From NCBI GenBank assembly GCA_041662745.1, contig JBAZRV010000002.1, positions 120,001-152,000 of the forward strand: a DNA stretch of 32,000 nucleotides. The letters run 5' to 3'. Under the pieces are notes generated by a model. It did no database searches, was not told where the DNA came from, and saw nothing but the letters and a program-made list of their open reading frames with translations. Source of the stretch: Patescibacteria group bacterium (GTDB taxonomy: Bacteria; Patescibacteriota; Patescibacteriia; 2-01-FULL-39-33). The translations under genes were made by a program, and so were the position numbers. Numbering within the stretch: position 1 is the first letter of the stretch; every line of letters starts with the position of its first letter. Below, in pieces: positions 17,607 to 26,158 of this stretch.

Positions 17607-19331
17607 ATGAATAAATTTGTCCTCACTCCGCTTTGGAAACGGTTGCTATTTAGTCTTTTTTTAATCTTTGCCTTTTTATCGGCAGTCGGTTTTTGGTATT
17701 CCCCGGTGCTGTTTAAAGGTTATTCAACCGAATCAATAGGTGAGGGGATAATCTTAGCCAGAAATTATGTTAAAAGTGGCACTTTGGGGATAGAGAATGA
17801 TTTGAATGTGGTGGTGGCTTCTGATTTAGCCAAGACTTCTGTGCATAACAGTTATATCAGCAACGGTTTTAATGCTATTTCCGATGTGGCTATTTTTAAA
17901 TTGTTCGGCTGGCAAAGTTGGAATAATTTAGTTTTGATTTCGGTGGTTATTTATGCTTTAAGTTTGGTATTTCTGGCCATAACAACTTATTGTTTATTTG
18001 GCTTTCCAATCGCCGTGATTTTTTCTTTGGTGTATATTTTGTTGCCTTTTAGCGGCCAAACTGCCAGAGCCGTCAGTTTATATGAATTCGCTCAATTATA
18101 CTTATCTTTATTTATTTTATTTTTCTTCCTTGGCCGCGGTAAGAAATTTTATTATTTGTATTTGGCGATAGCCGGGGTCTTTTTAAGCCTAGCCTGTTTG
18201 TCCCGAGAAACTTTTTTTATATTTTTGCCCATCTTGTTTATTTGGCTGGTTATTTCCGGCAAGAAAAAAGAATTGCTTAGCCTGTTTATTCCAATCGGCT
18301 TGATCCTGTCATTTTTTTGGCTGCCCTCGATGATTGGGCCGGGTAGCGGCAATACTTATGCCAGCCTGTTTGTGGCTCAAGATCAGAATCAAAGCCAGTG
18401 GTCGGAATTTGATTCTTATGGTCATATTTATCCCGATCCCTACACTTTTCATTTTGACCGTCAACAGGTAATTGATCAGATAAATACTGATTTAAAAAAT
18501 AACAATTCCAGTTTTTTATATAAAATCGATCGTTTAAAAGTCGGCAAGAATTCCGGCATTATTGATATCGGAATTTTGGAGCGGTTAGTAGTTGGAACTT
18601 CTATTTTAATCGCTCATTTGTCAAAATTTTTAGCGATTGAATTTATCGGCGGACCGATTATTTTCATTTTAATATGCTTAGGCTTATTGGAGCTGAAGAA
18701 AAAAAACATCAGTTTATATTATTTATTTTTATCATGGCTGGTTGGATCGGTGGTGTTAATGAGTTATGTTGTTTTGTCCAGCCGAAGCCATTTGATGGAT
18801 TTTACTTGGCCGATTGCCGTTTTAAGCGCTTTGGGTTTGGCGGGTTTGGTTAAATCAATAACCGATCATTACCAATTTAAAAAATATTCCAGCTTGGTCT
18901 CTTTAGGTTTAATCGTCTTAACGCTGTATAGTTTAGTGGTGGCTAGCCATGTGTATTTAGGGCGAAGTTATGATGACAATAGGAATTTAGTTTTGGATTA
19001 TTTGGCCCAAAAAATTAATGAAAGGAATATCGGTTCAACCGAAGTCATTGCCGTCGGTGAAAGAACCGCTCATCCCATCTTAAATTATTTGACTGATAAA
19101 TCAATCGTTTATTTTGATCCGGCTACCATTAAAAAAATGGCCCAGACTGGCAATTTACAACAGGCTTTTGATAAATTCAATGTTAAATACGTGGTTGGCT
19201 TTAATAGTTCGACAAGTGATTTGATAACTCAAAAAAGCCAAGCCGTCAATATTGCCGTTTGGCCGGAAACTGGCTTTTTGGAACAGCCGGTCGGCTTTAA
19301 TAAGATGTGGCTGCTTAATATTATCAAATAG
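17607..19331 (+). CDS. Polytopic membrane protein, probable second GT-C-type glycosyltransferase
   Basis: 574 aa with many hydrophobic segments. The first-loop sequence STESIGEGIILARNYVKSGTLG resembles ArnT/PMT_2 family loops. It has a soluble C-terminal domain and starts 3 nt after the preceding GT-C gene. Confidence 0.55.
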   Translation: MNKFVLTPLWKRLLFSLFLIFAFLSAVGFWYSPVLFKGYSTESIGEGIILARNYVKSGTLGIENDLNVVVASDLAKTSVHNSYISNGFNAISDVAIFKLFGWQSWNNLVLISVVIYALSLVFLAITTYCLFGFPIAVIFSLVYILLPFSGQTARAVSLYEFAQLYLSLFILFFFLGRGKKFYYLYLAIAGVFLSLACLSRETFFIFLPILFIWLVISGKKKELLSLFIPIGLILSFFWLPSMIGPGSGNTYASLFVAQDQNQSQWSEFDSYGHIYPDPYTFHFDRQQVIDQINTDLKNNNSSFLYKIDRLKVGKNSGIIDIGILERLVVGTSILIAHLSKFLAIEFIGGPIIFILICLGLLELKKKNISLYYLFLSWLVGSVVLMSYVVLSSRSHLMDFTWPIAVLSALGLAGLVKSITDHYQFKKYSSLVSLGLIVLTLYSLVVASHVYLGRSYDDNRNLVLDYLAQKINERNIGSTEVIAVGERTAHPILNYLTDKSIVYFDPATIKKMAQTGNLQQAFDKFNVKYVVGFNSSTSDLITQKSQAVNIAVWPETGFLEQPVGFNKMWLLNIIK

Positions 19332-19372
19332 CCGAAGGAAGCGGCAGGAGATAAAATGAAATTATAACTGGC

Positions 19373-19401
19373 TTGATTTTTTGTTAGTTTTTAGTTAAAA
19401 T
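19373..19401 (+). promoter_or_regulatory. Sigma-70-like promoter candidate (TTGATT-17 nt-TAAAAT)
   Basis: TTGATT at 19373-19378, a 17-nt spacer, and TAAAAT at 19396-19401. It lies in the only sizeable intergenic gap of the plus arm, about 80 nt upstream of the 19483 start. Confidence 0.45.
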
Positions 19402-19482
19402 ATGTCTAAGCTTGGGGCAATAAATTGGCAAGATTTTGATTCCTAACCGGGCGCGTTTAAGAAGTTTTATTTGAAAGCTTGA

Positions 19483-20931
19483 ATGATTTCAGGCTTTAAA
19501 TCTATGATTGATATCCTCTTAATTAATCCAAATGTGTCAAAAATTTCTGATACCGGCGAAGGCGTATTACCCCCTTTAGGCTTATGCTATATTTCCGCTT
19601 ATGTAAAAAATCAAGGCGGCAAATCGGAAGTTTTAGACGCTAATGTTTTAAATTTGGATGATCATCAGCTATTGCAACTTATTAAAGAAAAAGCTCCGAG
19701 AATAATCGGTTTTACGGCTACAACTCCGCTGATTACGGAGGTTGGCCGGCTTTCGGCTTTAATTAAAAAACAATATGGCGATTTAATCATTATCGTCGGC
19801 GGTCCGCATGTGACGGTATTGCCGGAACTGACATTAAAACAGAATCACGATATTGACATCGTAGTGAGGGGCGAAGGAGAGAAAACGACGTTTGAGCTTA
19901 TTGACCATTTAAAAAAGTCAAGTCAGATTGATTATTCCCAAATTAAAGGCATCACTTATCGCGATTCGATTGGGCAAATAGTTTCTAGCGCGTCTCAGGA
20001 GATTTTGGCTGATTTGAACTCTTTACCCTTGCCCGATCGGAGCGATCTGCCTAATCATAAATATCATCCTTCCATTAAGTGGTTTAATCGAACCCCCTTT
20101 GCGACTGTCATGACTTCGCGAGGCTGTCCCAATGATTGTATTTTTTGCGCTTCAAAATTTATTTTGGGCCGCACGGTCAGATTTCGATCGCCAGAAAATG
20201 TTTTGGAGGAACTGGAGCAATTAGTTAAGAATTACGGCGTTAAAGAAATAATGTTTTATGATGATACTTTCACCATTGATAAGGATCGCATTTATAAATT
20301 ATGCGATTTGATGATTACCAGCAAACTTAATATTACTTGGGGCTGTTTGAGCCGCGTTGATCGAATTGATAAGGATCTTTTGTTCAAAATGAGGCAGGCG
20401 GGCTGCCATATCATGTGCTATGGTGTGGAATCCGGTTCTGAAGAAATGCTCAAGGCCATTAGAAAGAATATTAATTTAAAACAGGTTAAGGAAGCAATCC
20501 TGGCCACTCGGCAGGTAGGCATAGATTGCTCGGCTTCTTTTGTATTCGGCGTGCCGGGAGAAACCGCGGATACCATGAAGAAGACCATTGATTTTGCCTT
20601 AGAAATTGATCCTTTATTCGCTCAATTTTATCGGGTCGTGCCTTATCCTGGCACTGATTTGTTTAAAATGTATCTGGATAGCCATGATATTTCCTCCATT
20701 GACTGGGAAGAATTCTTGGAAATCGGCAATGCTGATAAATTAATGAAACTCGACACAATTTCGGAAGAAGAATTCAACCGTCTGCTTAAGCTCAGTTATT
20801 TGCGTTTTTATCTTCGTCCTAAAAAAATCATGCAGTTAATCATAAAGATGGTCTCTCCCTATAAGATTAAGGGAGTTATTTTGGCCGGCGCGTATTTTAT
20901 TAAAATACTTTTTGGCAAAAAGAAAAATTAA
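19483..20931 (+). CDS. B12-binding-domain radical SAM protein
   Basis: LPPLGLCYISAYVKNQG, VGGPHVTV, RGEGE, SRGCPNDCIFC, PYPGT, and a C-terminal FYLRPKKIMQL shared with paralogs. The ATG at 19504 (MIDILLINPN) is an alternative start. Confidence 0.9.
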   Translation: MISGFKSMIDILLINPNVSKISDTGEGVLPPLGLCYISAYVKNQGGKSEVLDANVLNLDDHQLLQLIKEKAPRIIGFTATTPLITEVGRLSALIKKQYGDLIIIVGGPHVTVLPELTLKQNHDIDIVVRGEGEKTTFELIDHLKKSSQIDYSQIKGITYRDSIGQIVSSASQEILADLNSLPLPDRSDLPNHKYHPSIKWFNRTPFATVMTSRGCPNDCIFCASKFILGRTVRFRSPENVLEELEQLVKNYGVKEIMFYDDTFTIDKDRIYKLCDLMITSKLNITWGCLSRVDRIDKDLLFKMRQAGCHIMCYGVESGSEEMLKAIRKNINLKQVKEAILATRQVGIDCSASFVFGVPGETADTMKKTIDFALEIDPLFAQFYRVVPYPGTDLFKMYLDSHDISSIDWEEFLEIGNADKLMKLDTISEEEFNRLLKLSYLRFYLRPKKIMQLIIKMVSPYKIKGVILAGAYFIKILFGKKKN

Positions 20932-20938
20932 TTTTACC

Positions 20939-21901
20939 ATGCTGAAAAATTTTAAAATAAAGAATCTTTTAAGCCTGCTGGGCCCGATTATTTTGATTTA
21001 CATCTTGACCAGAATTAATTACGGCTTTTTGTTTGAACAAATAAAATTAATAAAATTGCCGTTTTTGATTGCCGCCGCCATTGTTGCTATACTGGGAATT
21101 GTTTCCCGATCGTTAAAATGGCGTTTAATCTTAAATAATCTTAATATTAAGATCAGCAAGTTGGACGGTTTGAATTTGTTTTGGCTTGGCCTTTATGCTG
21201 GAATAATTACTCCTGGCCGTTTAGGAGAGCTGATCAAGGTTTATTTTTTAAAATTAAGGAACCATGCGCCCCTCCCGTCTTTTTTGAGCATTTTTGTGGA
21301 TCGCATGATCGATATCATGTTTTTGCTCGGGTTAGGGTTGCTTGTTTCCATTTTTTATTTAAAGGGCATTGTCATCCAAGTGTTAGCGCTAATTATCATC
21401 CTGATGTTAGCGATTACGTTGTTTTTATTGGTGCTTGATCAGCGCACGGGTTTGCATCGGTTCTTTAATGTTTTTATAAAGAGATTTTTCTCCTTTGATT
21501 TGGCAAAATATAGCAATTTTACTTTTCTCAAACTATGGAAGGGAATTAAACGGGTAAAAATCGGAGACGTACTGATTTATCTGGCTTATTTGCTATTCAG
21601 TTGGTTCCTTTATTTCTTTTCCAGTTATTTGATTGCCTTGGCTTTGGCTTTAAATTTATCTTTTTTTAATCTTTCCGCGATTTTAGTGGTAGTGGCGATT
21701 GTTTCTATCTTGCCGATCACTATTGCCGGCATTGGCACCCGTGAGGCGGTAATCATATATTTTTTTAGTTTGTTGGGTTTTAGTTCCGAACGCGCTTTGA
21801 TTTTTTCTTTTTTTATTTTTATTAATGATCTTGTTACGATCGCCGTGGGTATCATTCCTTATTACCGAGAAAGTATTTTATTAGGAAAATTTAAAAACTA
21901 A
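20939..21901 (+). CDS. Flippase-like membrane protein (UPF0104 / lysylphosphatidylglycerol-synthase TM-region family)
   Basis: RSLKWRLILNNL...LYAGIITPGRLGELIKVYFL matches the family signature, and the protein is polytopic. I prefer the ATG at 20939 over the in-frame TTG at 20912, which would overlap the upstream gene. Confidence 0.7.
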   Translation: MLKNFKIKNLLSLLGPIILIYILTRINYGFLFEQIKLIKLPFLIAAAIVAILGIVSRSLKWRLILNNLNIKISKLDGLNLFWLGLYAGIITPGRLGELIKVYFLKLRNHAPLPSFLSIFVDRMIDIMFLLGLGLLVSIFYLKGIVIQVLALIIILMLAITLFLLVLDQRTGLHRFFNVFIKRFFSFDLAKYSNFTFLKLWKGIKRVKIGDVLIYLAYLLFSWFLYFFSSYLIALALALNLSFFNLSAILVVVAIVSILPITIAGIGTREAVIIYFFSLLGFSSERALIFSFFIFINDLVTIAVGIIPYYRESILLGKFKN

Positions 21902-21906
21902 GATAT

Positions 21907-22554
21907 ATGATATTTCAAAATAAATATTGGGAGCGGAGAGTTTTAAATAAAAGAAGGCAACCATTTAACGAAGTAGTACGGTGTTATGTTTTTCCAAAAA
22001 TATGTCAAATTTTAAAAGTAATCCCGATAAATAAAAATACTCAACTTTTAGATGTGGGGTGTGGAAATGGATTCTATAGTTATTATTTTAATGAGATATG
22101 CGATGTTACTGGAATAGATTATTCCCATGAACTTATTAGACAAAATCCGATAAAAAAAACAATTCTTATGGACGCAAATGATATTAGGTTTGCTGATGAT
22201 TCTTTTGATATAACATTCTGTGGCGCGTTACTTCATCACGTGTTAAATGAAAAAAGAGTTATTAATGAAATGAAAAGAGTGTCTAAGGAGTATGTTATTA
22301 TTATCGAACCAAATAGGAATAATCCATTTTTATTTTTATTTTCACTTTTTGTAAAGGAGGAAAATAAAGCATTGAGGTATTCTATGAAGTATTTAAAAAA
22401 AATGGTTAAAGATTGTGATTTAAAAATAATATCAACATTCTCACATGGATTAATAGTGCCAAATAAAACTCCAAGAATTTTATTACCAATATTAAAATAT
22501 TTTGAGATTAAATATCCATTAGGTATGATGAATATACTAATTTGTAAAAAATAA
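21907..22554 (+). CDS. Class I SAM-dependent methyltransferase (Methyltransf_11-like)
   Basis: LLDVGCGNGFYS (motif I), DANDIRFADDSFDITFCGALLHHV, and KEYVIIIEPN. The gene is markedly more AT-rich than its neighbours. Confidence 0.8.
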   Translation: MIFQNKYWERRVLNKRRQPFNEVVRCYVFPKICQILKVIPINKNTQLLDVGCGNGFYSYYFNEICDVTGIDYSHELIRQNPIKKTILMDANDIRFADDSFDITFCGALLHHVLNEKRVINEMKRVSKEYVIIIEPNRNNPFLFLFSLFVKEENKALRYSMKYLKKMVKDCDLKIISTFSHGLIVPNKTPRILLPILKYFEIKYPLGMMNILICKK

Positions 22555-22577
22555 ACGCAAAGGTATTTTTTTATCAA

Positions 22578-23279
22578 TTATTTTTTACCCAAACAAATTA
22601 TGTTTGGGTAAAAAAATAATTGAGTCGGCAGATCATGGATTTCAATAGAATGCCAACCGGTTTTCTCTAATATTTTTTTGTATTCTGAACTTCGATAATA
22701 ATGCGGTTTATTTATTCTATGGCCAAAAATTTTGCTGGAGGCTTTGTCGGCGGAGAAGAAATGGAAAAAAGCAACAAGCTTTTCAATGATGAGCGAGCTG
22801 GAGATGGAAAGCAGATAACGGAAGAAGCGATCCCGACTCATGGTTTTAATAATAATGACCCCATTCGGTTTGGTTTTTTTTCGGCAATCTTCTAGCATAT
22901 TCAGGACTTCTTGGCGGGACATTAAAACCTCCACATCAATGACGATTGTGGCGTCGAACTCCTCTTCTTGCAGACTCCCGACTTCCGTTTGGATAAATGT
23001 TAAATTTTCAGGCTTGAATGATACCTGATTCGCTTGCTTGATGCGATCGGCTGAAGGGTCAATGGCCACTACTTTTAAGGTGGGTCGTTTAAAAGCGAAA
23101 AAATAGGAAAAAACTCCGAACCCGCAACCCAGGTCAAGCAATTTTCCGCTGGTCGGCACGTATTGGGAAATTGTTTCCAGCGGCGTTGTCGTGAATCTGA
23201 CGAAGGTAATTAATTTTTCTACCGCTCCCAATCCGAGATAATTATTTTTTATCTGTTGGTATTCTTTTTGGAATCTCAT
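22578..23279 (-). CDS. Class I SAM-dependent methyltransferase
   Basis: LLDLGCGFGVFSYFF (motif I), VVAIDPS, NGVIIIKT. It is the last gene of the minus arm. Confidence 0.8.
   Translation of the reverse strand: MRFQKEYQQIKNNYLGLGAVEKLITFVRFTTTPLETISQYVPTSGKLLDLGCGFGVFSYFFAFKRPTLKVVAIDPSADRIKQANQVSFKPENLTFIQTEVGSLQEEEFDATIVIDVEVLMSRQEVLNMLEDCRKKTKPNGVIIIKTMSRDRFFRYLLSISSSLIIEKLVAFFHFFSADKASSKIFGHRINKPHYYRSSEYKKILEKTGWHSIEIHDLPTQLFFYPNIICLGKK
22581..22615. repeat. Perfect 15-bp inverted repeat with 5-nt loop at the convergence point of the two arms
   Basis: TTTTTTACCCAAACA (22581-22595), AATTA, TGTTTGGGTAAAAAA (22601-22615). It lies 27 nt after the plus-strand stop and inside the last ~12 codons of the minus-strand methyltransferase. 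Confidence 0.6.
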
Positions 23280-23305
23280 AAATAATATTTTTCTAAAATG
23301 AATTT

Positions 23306-24733
23306 TTAGGCTTTTTTAATCATAATTCTAACGAAAATCCTAAATCCTTCAAACATTGTTTTTAAGGAATCAAAAGAGTTTATTTGTTTAAGCTTCCGCC
23401 AAACATAGATCGGCCGCAAATAGAATTCGCGGAAACCTCTTTTCTGCCAATAAACCAATTCTTCCGCCGTTAAGTTTTTTTGCACCAGTAGCGGCGACGT
23501 GTTAGTAAGGGGAGCGAAGGCTTCCCAGGGCGTATCGGAAGCGATAAAGCCTTCATCTTTGGCGTAGTAATACAGATCTGAGCCAGGCACCGGGCAGGTG
23601 ATAAAAAAGGTCGCATTATCTAAATCCAGGCTTTTGGCGAAATTGATCGTCTCTTTAATGGTTTCTATCGTCTCGCCGATGTTACCCAGCATGAAACTGG
23701 CATGAGCCAATATATTGTGGTGTCTTAAGATCGCCACTGCTTGCCGCCCCTTGTCCGTGGTGGTTTGCTTGCGCATAATGTCTAATATTTTCTGCGAGCC
23801 GGATTCTAGTCCTAAGGAAATTTTCTTACAGCCGGCCTTTGACATGATGGAGGCTAATTCATCGTCGATGGTATCGGCTCGGGAAAAACAGATCCAAGCA
23901 ATCGGCAGTTTTTTGTCTATGATTTTTTGGCAGACTTCAATCGCTCTTTTTTTGTTTAAAGTGAAATTATCGTCCAAAATGCTGAATTCTTTGATATTGT
24001 ATTTATTGATGCATTCTTCAATTTCAGCCAGCAAATTGTTAGCGCTGCGATAGCGTAAACGGCGATTCCAAATGCTTTTGGAAACACAATGGATACAGTT
24101 GTGGGCGCAGCCGCGGCTGGTTTGGATCGGTGAGCATTGCTCCTCAGTCAATTTTTTAGTTGGGGCGGAACGGTAAAGTTTTAAATCAAATAAATCGCGG
24201 GCTGGAAAAGGGATTTCATCAAGATTTTCAATCATTGGCCGTGGCAGATTGCCTATAATTTTGCCGTCGCGCTTAAAATACAAGCCGGAAATATTTTCCC
24301 AATCCGTCCGTTTGTCTTTGACGGCTTGGACCAATTCAGAAAAAGTCACTTCGCCTTCCCCAATGACAGCAAAATCTACGAATGGGTTGGTTAAAACTTC
24401 AATTGGCAGAATCGTCGGATGAGTGCCGCCTAGTATGGTGACGCAATCCAGTTTTAATTCATCTTTAATGATTTGGCAAATTTTAAAAACGTGATTGACG
24501 GTTGGCGACAGACAAGTAAAGCCGACGACGTCGGGCCGCTCATGCGCAAAATAATCCTTTATTTCCTTATAGCCGATGCCTAAGGCTTCAGTATCTAATA
24601 TTTTAATTTCGCAATCAACCTTATTGCGCAAATAACCAGCTAAGTAAGCCAGATTAAAAGGCATTGCATGGCCGCCGGATTCTTTCATGCCTTCAAAGTT
24701 TATGTAGGGCGGATTTACCAAGATAACTTTCAT
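23306..24733 (-). CDS. B12-binding-domain radical SAM protein
   Basis: MKVILVNPP, LGGTHPTI, IGEGE, SRGCAHNCIHC, and a C-terminal FYLRPIYVWRKLKQ. Confidence 0.9.
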   Translation of the reverse strand: MKVILVNPPYINFEGMKESGGHAMPFNLAYLAGYLRNKVDCEIKILDTEALGIGYKEIKDYFAHERPDVVGFTCLSPTVNHVFKICQIIKDELKLDCVTILGGTHPTILPIEVLTNPFVDFAVIGEGEVTFSELVQAVKDKRTDWENISGLYFKRDGKIIGNLPRPMIENLDEIPFPARDLFDLKLYRSAPTKKLTEEQCSPIQTSRGCAHNCIHCVSKSIWNRRLRYRSANNLLAEIEECINKYNIKEFSILDDNFTLNKKRAIEVCQKIIDKKLPIAWICFSRADTIDDELASIMSKAGCKKISLGLESGSQKILDIMRKQTTTDKGRQAVAILRHHNILAHASFMLGNIGETIETIKETINFAKSLDLDNATFFITCPVPGSDLYYYAKDEGFIASDTPWEAFAPLTNTSPLLVQKNLTAEELVYWQKRGFREFYLRPIYVWRKLKQINSFDSLKTMFEGFRIFVRIMIKKA

Positions 24734-24745
24734 AATTATATTTTA

Positions 24746-26158
24746 TTATATTTTGAGCAGTTTCAGACCCGCTTTAAAATTATTTTTTAAATTATTCCAG
24801 TTTCTTATTTCTTTTAATCTTCGCCAGATATAGCGGGGAGCTAAGTAATATGAACGATAAGCTTGAATTAATGTTTTAAATAACTGTTCGCGAGTAAAAT
24901 TTTCTTCCCAGGCCGGTGGATGAAAATCTGCCTGAGGATGTTTAGAAAATTCACGCCAATAATCCTGTTTGATAATGCCTTCTTTTAGGCCTTTTAAATA
25001 CAAGTCAGTCGCTGGAAAAGGGGTAAGTACGGAAAAGTGCACATAATCAGGAAATAGTTCTTTAGCTAGTTTAATTGTTTCTTTAATATCATCTTCGGTT
25101 TCCGTTGGTGAGCCGATCATGAAATAACCCGCTGTCTCAATGCCGGCTTTTTTGGTTAATGCAAAAGCTTTTTTGATCATCGGAATTGTAATGCCTTTTC
25201 TTAAAACATTAAGAATTTTTTCGGTGCCGGCTTCTACTCCATAATGGATTCTGGTGCAACCAGCTTTTTCCATTAATATTAGTAATTCTTCATCAACCGT
25301 ATTAACTCGAGCGCGAATATCCCAATTGAGGATTATATTTTTTTCCATTATCAATCGGCAGATGTCTACCACTCTTTGACGATCAATCGTAAAAGTATCG
25401 TCGTAAATAAAAACCTCTTTAATGCCCAGGGCGGCGATCTCGGCCAATTCCTGGACGACATTTTGTGCTGAACGTGCTCGGAAAATTTTGCCTAAATGGG
25501 GCCGATCGCAAAAGAGACATTGATAAGGACAGCCACGGGAAGTGAACATTGTGGTTGTCGGATTTTTTTGCGCGATGATGGAATAGTATTTTTTGTAAGG
25601 GGTTAAGGTACGCGCTGGAAATGGCAGATCGTCTAACTGCATAATCAAATCTCGGCAACCGTTATTAATGATATTACTCGCTTGTCTGAAGACAATACCC
25701 TTAATCGTTGGCCATTGTTCCGGTTGTTGGAGATTATTAATTAAATCATAAAAAGGCTGTTCGCCTTCACCCAGGATTAAAAAATCAATTTCTGGATTAG
25801 CCATCGTTTCTTCCGGGTAAATATTGACATGCGGGCCGCCGAGGACAATGGGAATTTCTGGCTGAGCCGCTTTAATTTTTTTGGCTGCCATCAAAACATC
25901 AATAATCGTGAAAGTCATAGCGGTAATGCCAACGAGTTCTGGTTTTTCTAATTTAATGATTTCTGCTAGCGCATCAAGATTGATTTTTTCTACTGGGCAG
26001 TCGATAATTTTTACTTCATGGTTAGAATGTTTCAATAGGTAGCCAGCCAGATACATAAGTCCTAGTGGTGGTAAAAAATCCATACCCGATTCTAGCTCCT
26101 TAGGCATATCGCTTTCTATAATGTGTTGAATGGGGGGATTAATCAAGAGTATTTTCAT
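24746..26158 (-). CDS. B12-binding-domain radical SAM protein
   Basis: MKILLINPP (ATG at 26158; an in-frame TTG at 26173 is the ORF-track start). LPPLGLMYLAGYL, LGGPHVNI, LGEGE, SRGCPYQCLFC, and a C-terminal YYLAPRYIWRRLKE. Confidence 0.9.
   Translation of the reverse strand: MKILLINPPIQHIIESDMPKELESGMDFLPPLGLMYLAGYLLKHSNHEVKIIDCPVEKINLDALAEIIKLEKPELVGITAMTFTIIDVLMAAKKIKAAQPEIPIVLGGPHVNIYPEETMANPEIDFLILGEGEQPFYDLINNLQQPEQWPTIKGIVFRQASNIINNGCRDLIMQLDDLPFPARTLTPYKKYYSIIAQKNPTTTMFTSRGCPYQCLFCDRPHLGKIFRARSAQNVVQELAEIAALGIKEVFIYDDTFTIDRQRVVDICRLIMEKNIILNWDIRARVNTVDEELLILMEKAGCTRIHYGVEAGTEKILNVLRKGITIPMIKKAFALTKKAGIETAGYFMIGSPTETEDDIKETIKLAKELFPDYVHFSVLTPFPATDLYLKGLKEGIIKQDYWREFSKHPQADFHPPAWEENFTREQLFKTLIQAYRSYYLAPRYIWRRLKEIRNWNNLKNNFKAGLKLLKI

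Noticed and set aside
19331-19345. Small hairpin GCCG-AAGGAAG-CGGC right after the GT-C stop, considered as a terminator.
   Set aside because: The stem is only 4 bp, has no U-tract, and is too weak to call.
19402-19446. 14-codon ORF (MSKLGAINWQDFDS) just upstream of a B12-rSAM, tempting as a RiPP precursor.
   Set aside because: Its ATG directly abuts the predicted -10 hexamer, so it would not be on that transcript. It has no ribosome-binding context and no Cys/Ser/Thr-rich core or leader-like features. It is also unlike anything beside the other eight rSAM genes.
19332-19482. Possible cobalamin riboswitch in the 151-nt gap before a B12-dependent enzyme.
   Set aside because: The leader left after the promoter match is only about 80 nt, far shorter than cobalamin riboswitches. 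I find no B12-box-like GCCACTG core. A covariance-model scan (Rfam RF00174) would settle it.
22236-22577. 113-aa minus-strand ORF abutting the minus-arm methyltransferase. It could be mistaken for an extra terminal gene of that arm.
   Set aside because: It lies almost entirely antisense to the 21907-22554 methyltransferase, which has clear motif I and post-I signatures. The AT-rich island makes long stop-free antisense frames likely, and no motifs are recognisable.
22581-22615. Classical bidirectional rho-independent terminator call for the inverted repeat.
   Set aside because: The T-tract is 5' and the A-tract 3' of the stem on both strands, so neither transcript has a U-tail after the hairpin. 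I kept it only as an inverted repeat of uncertain function.
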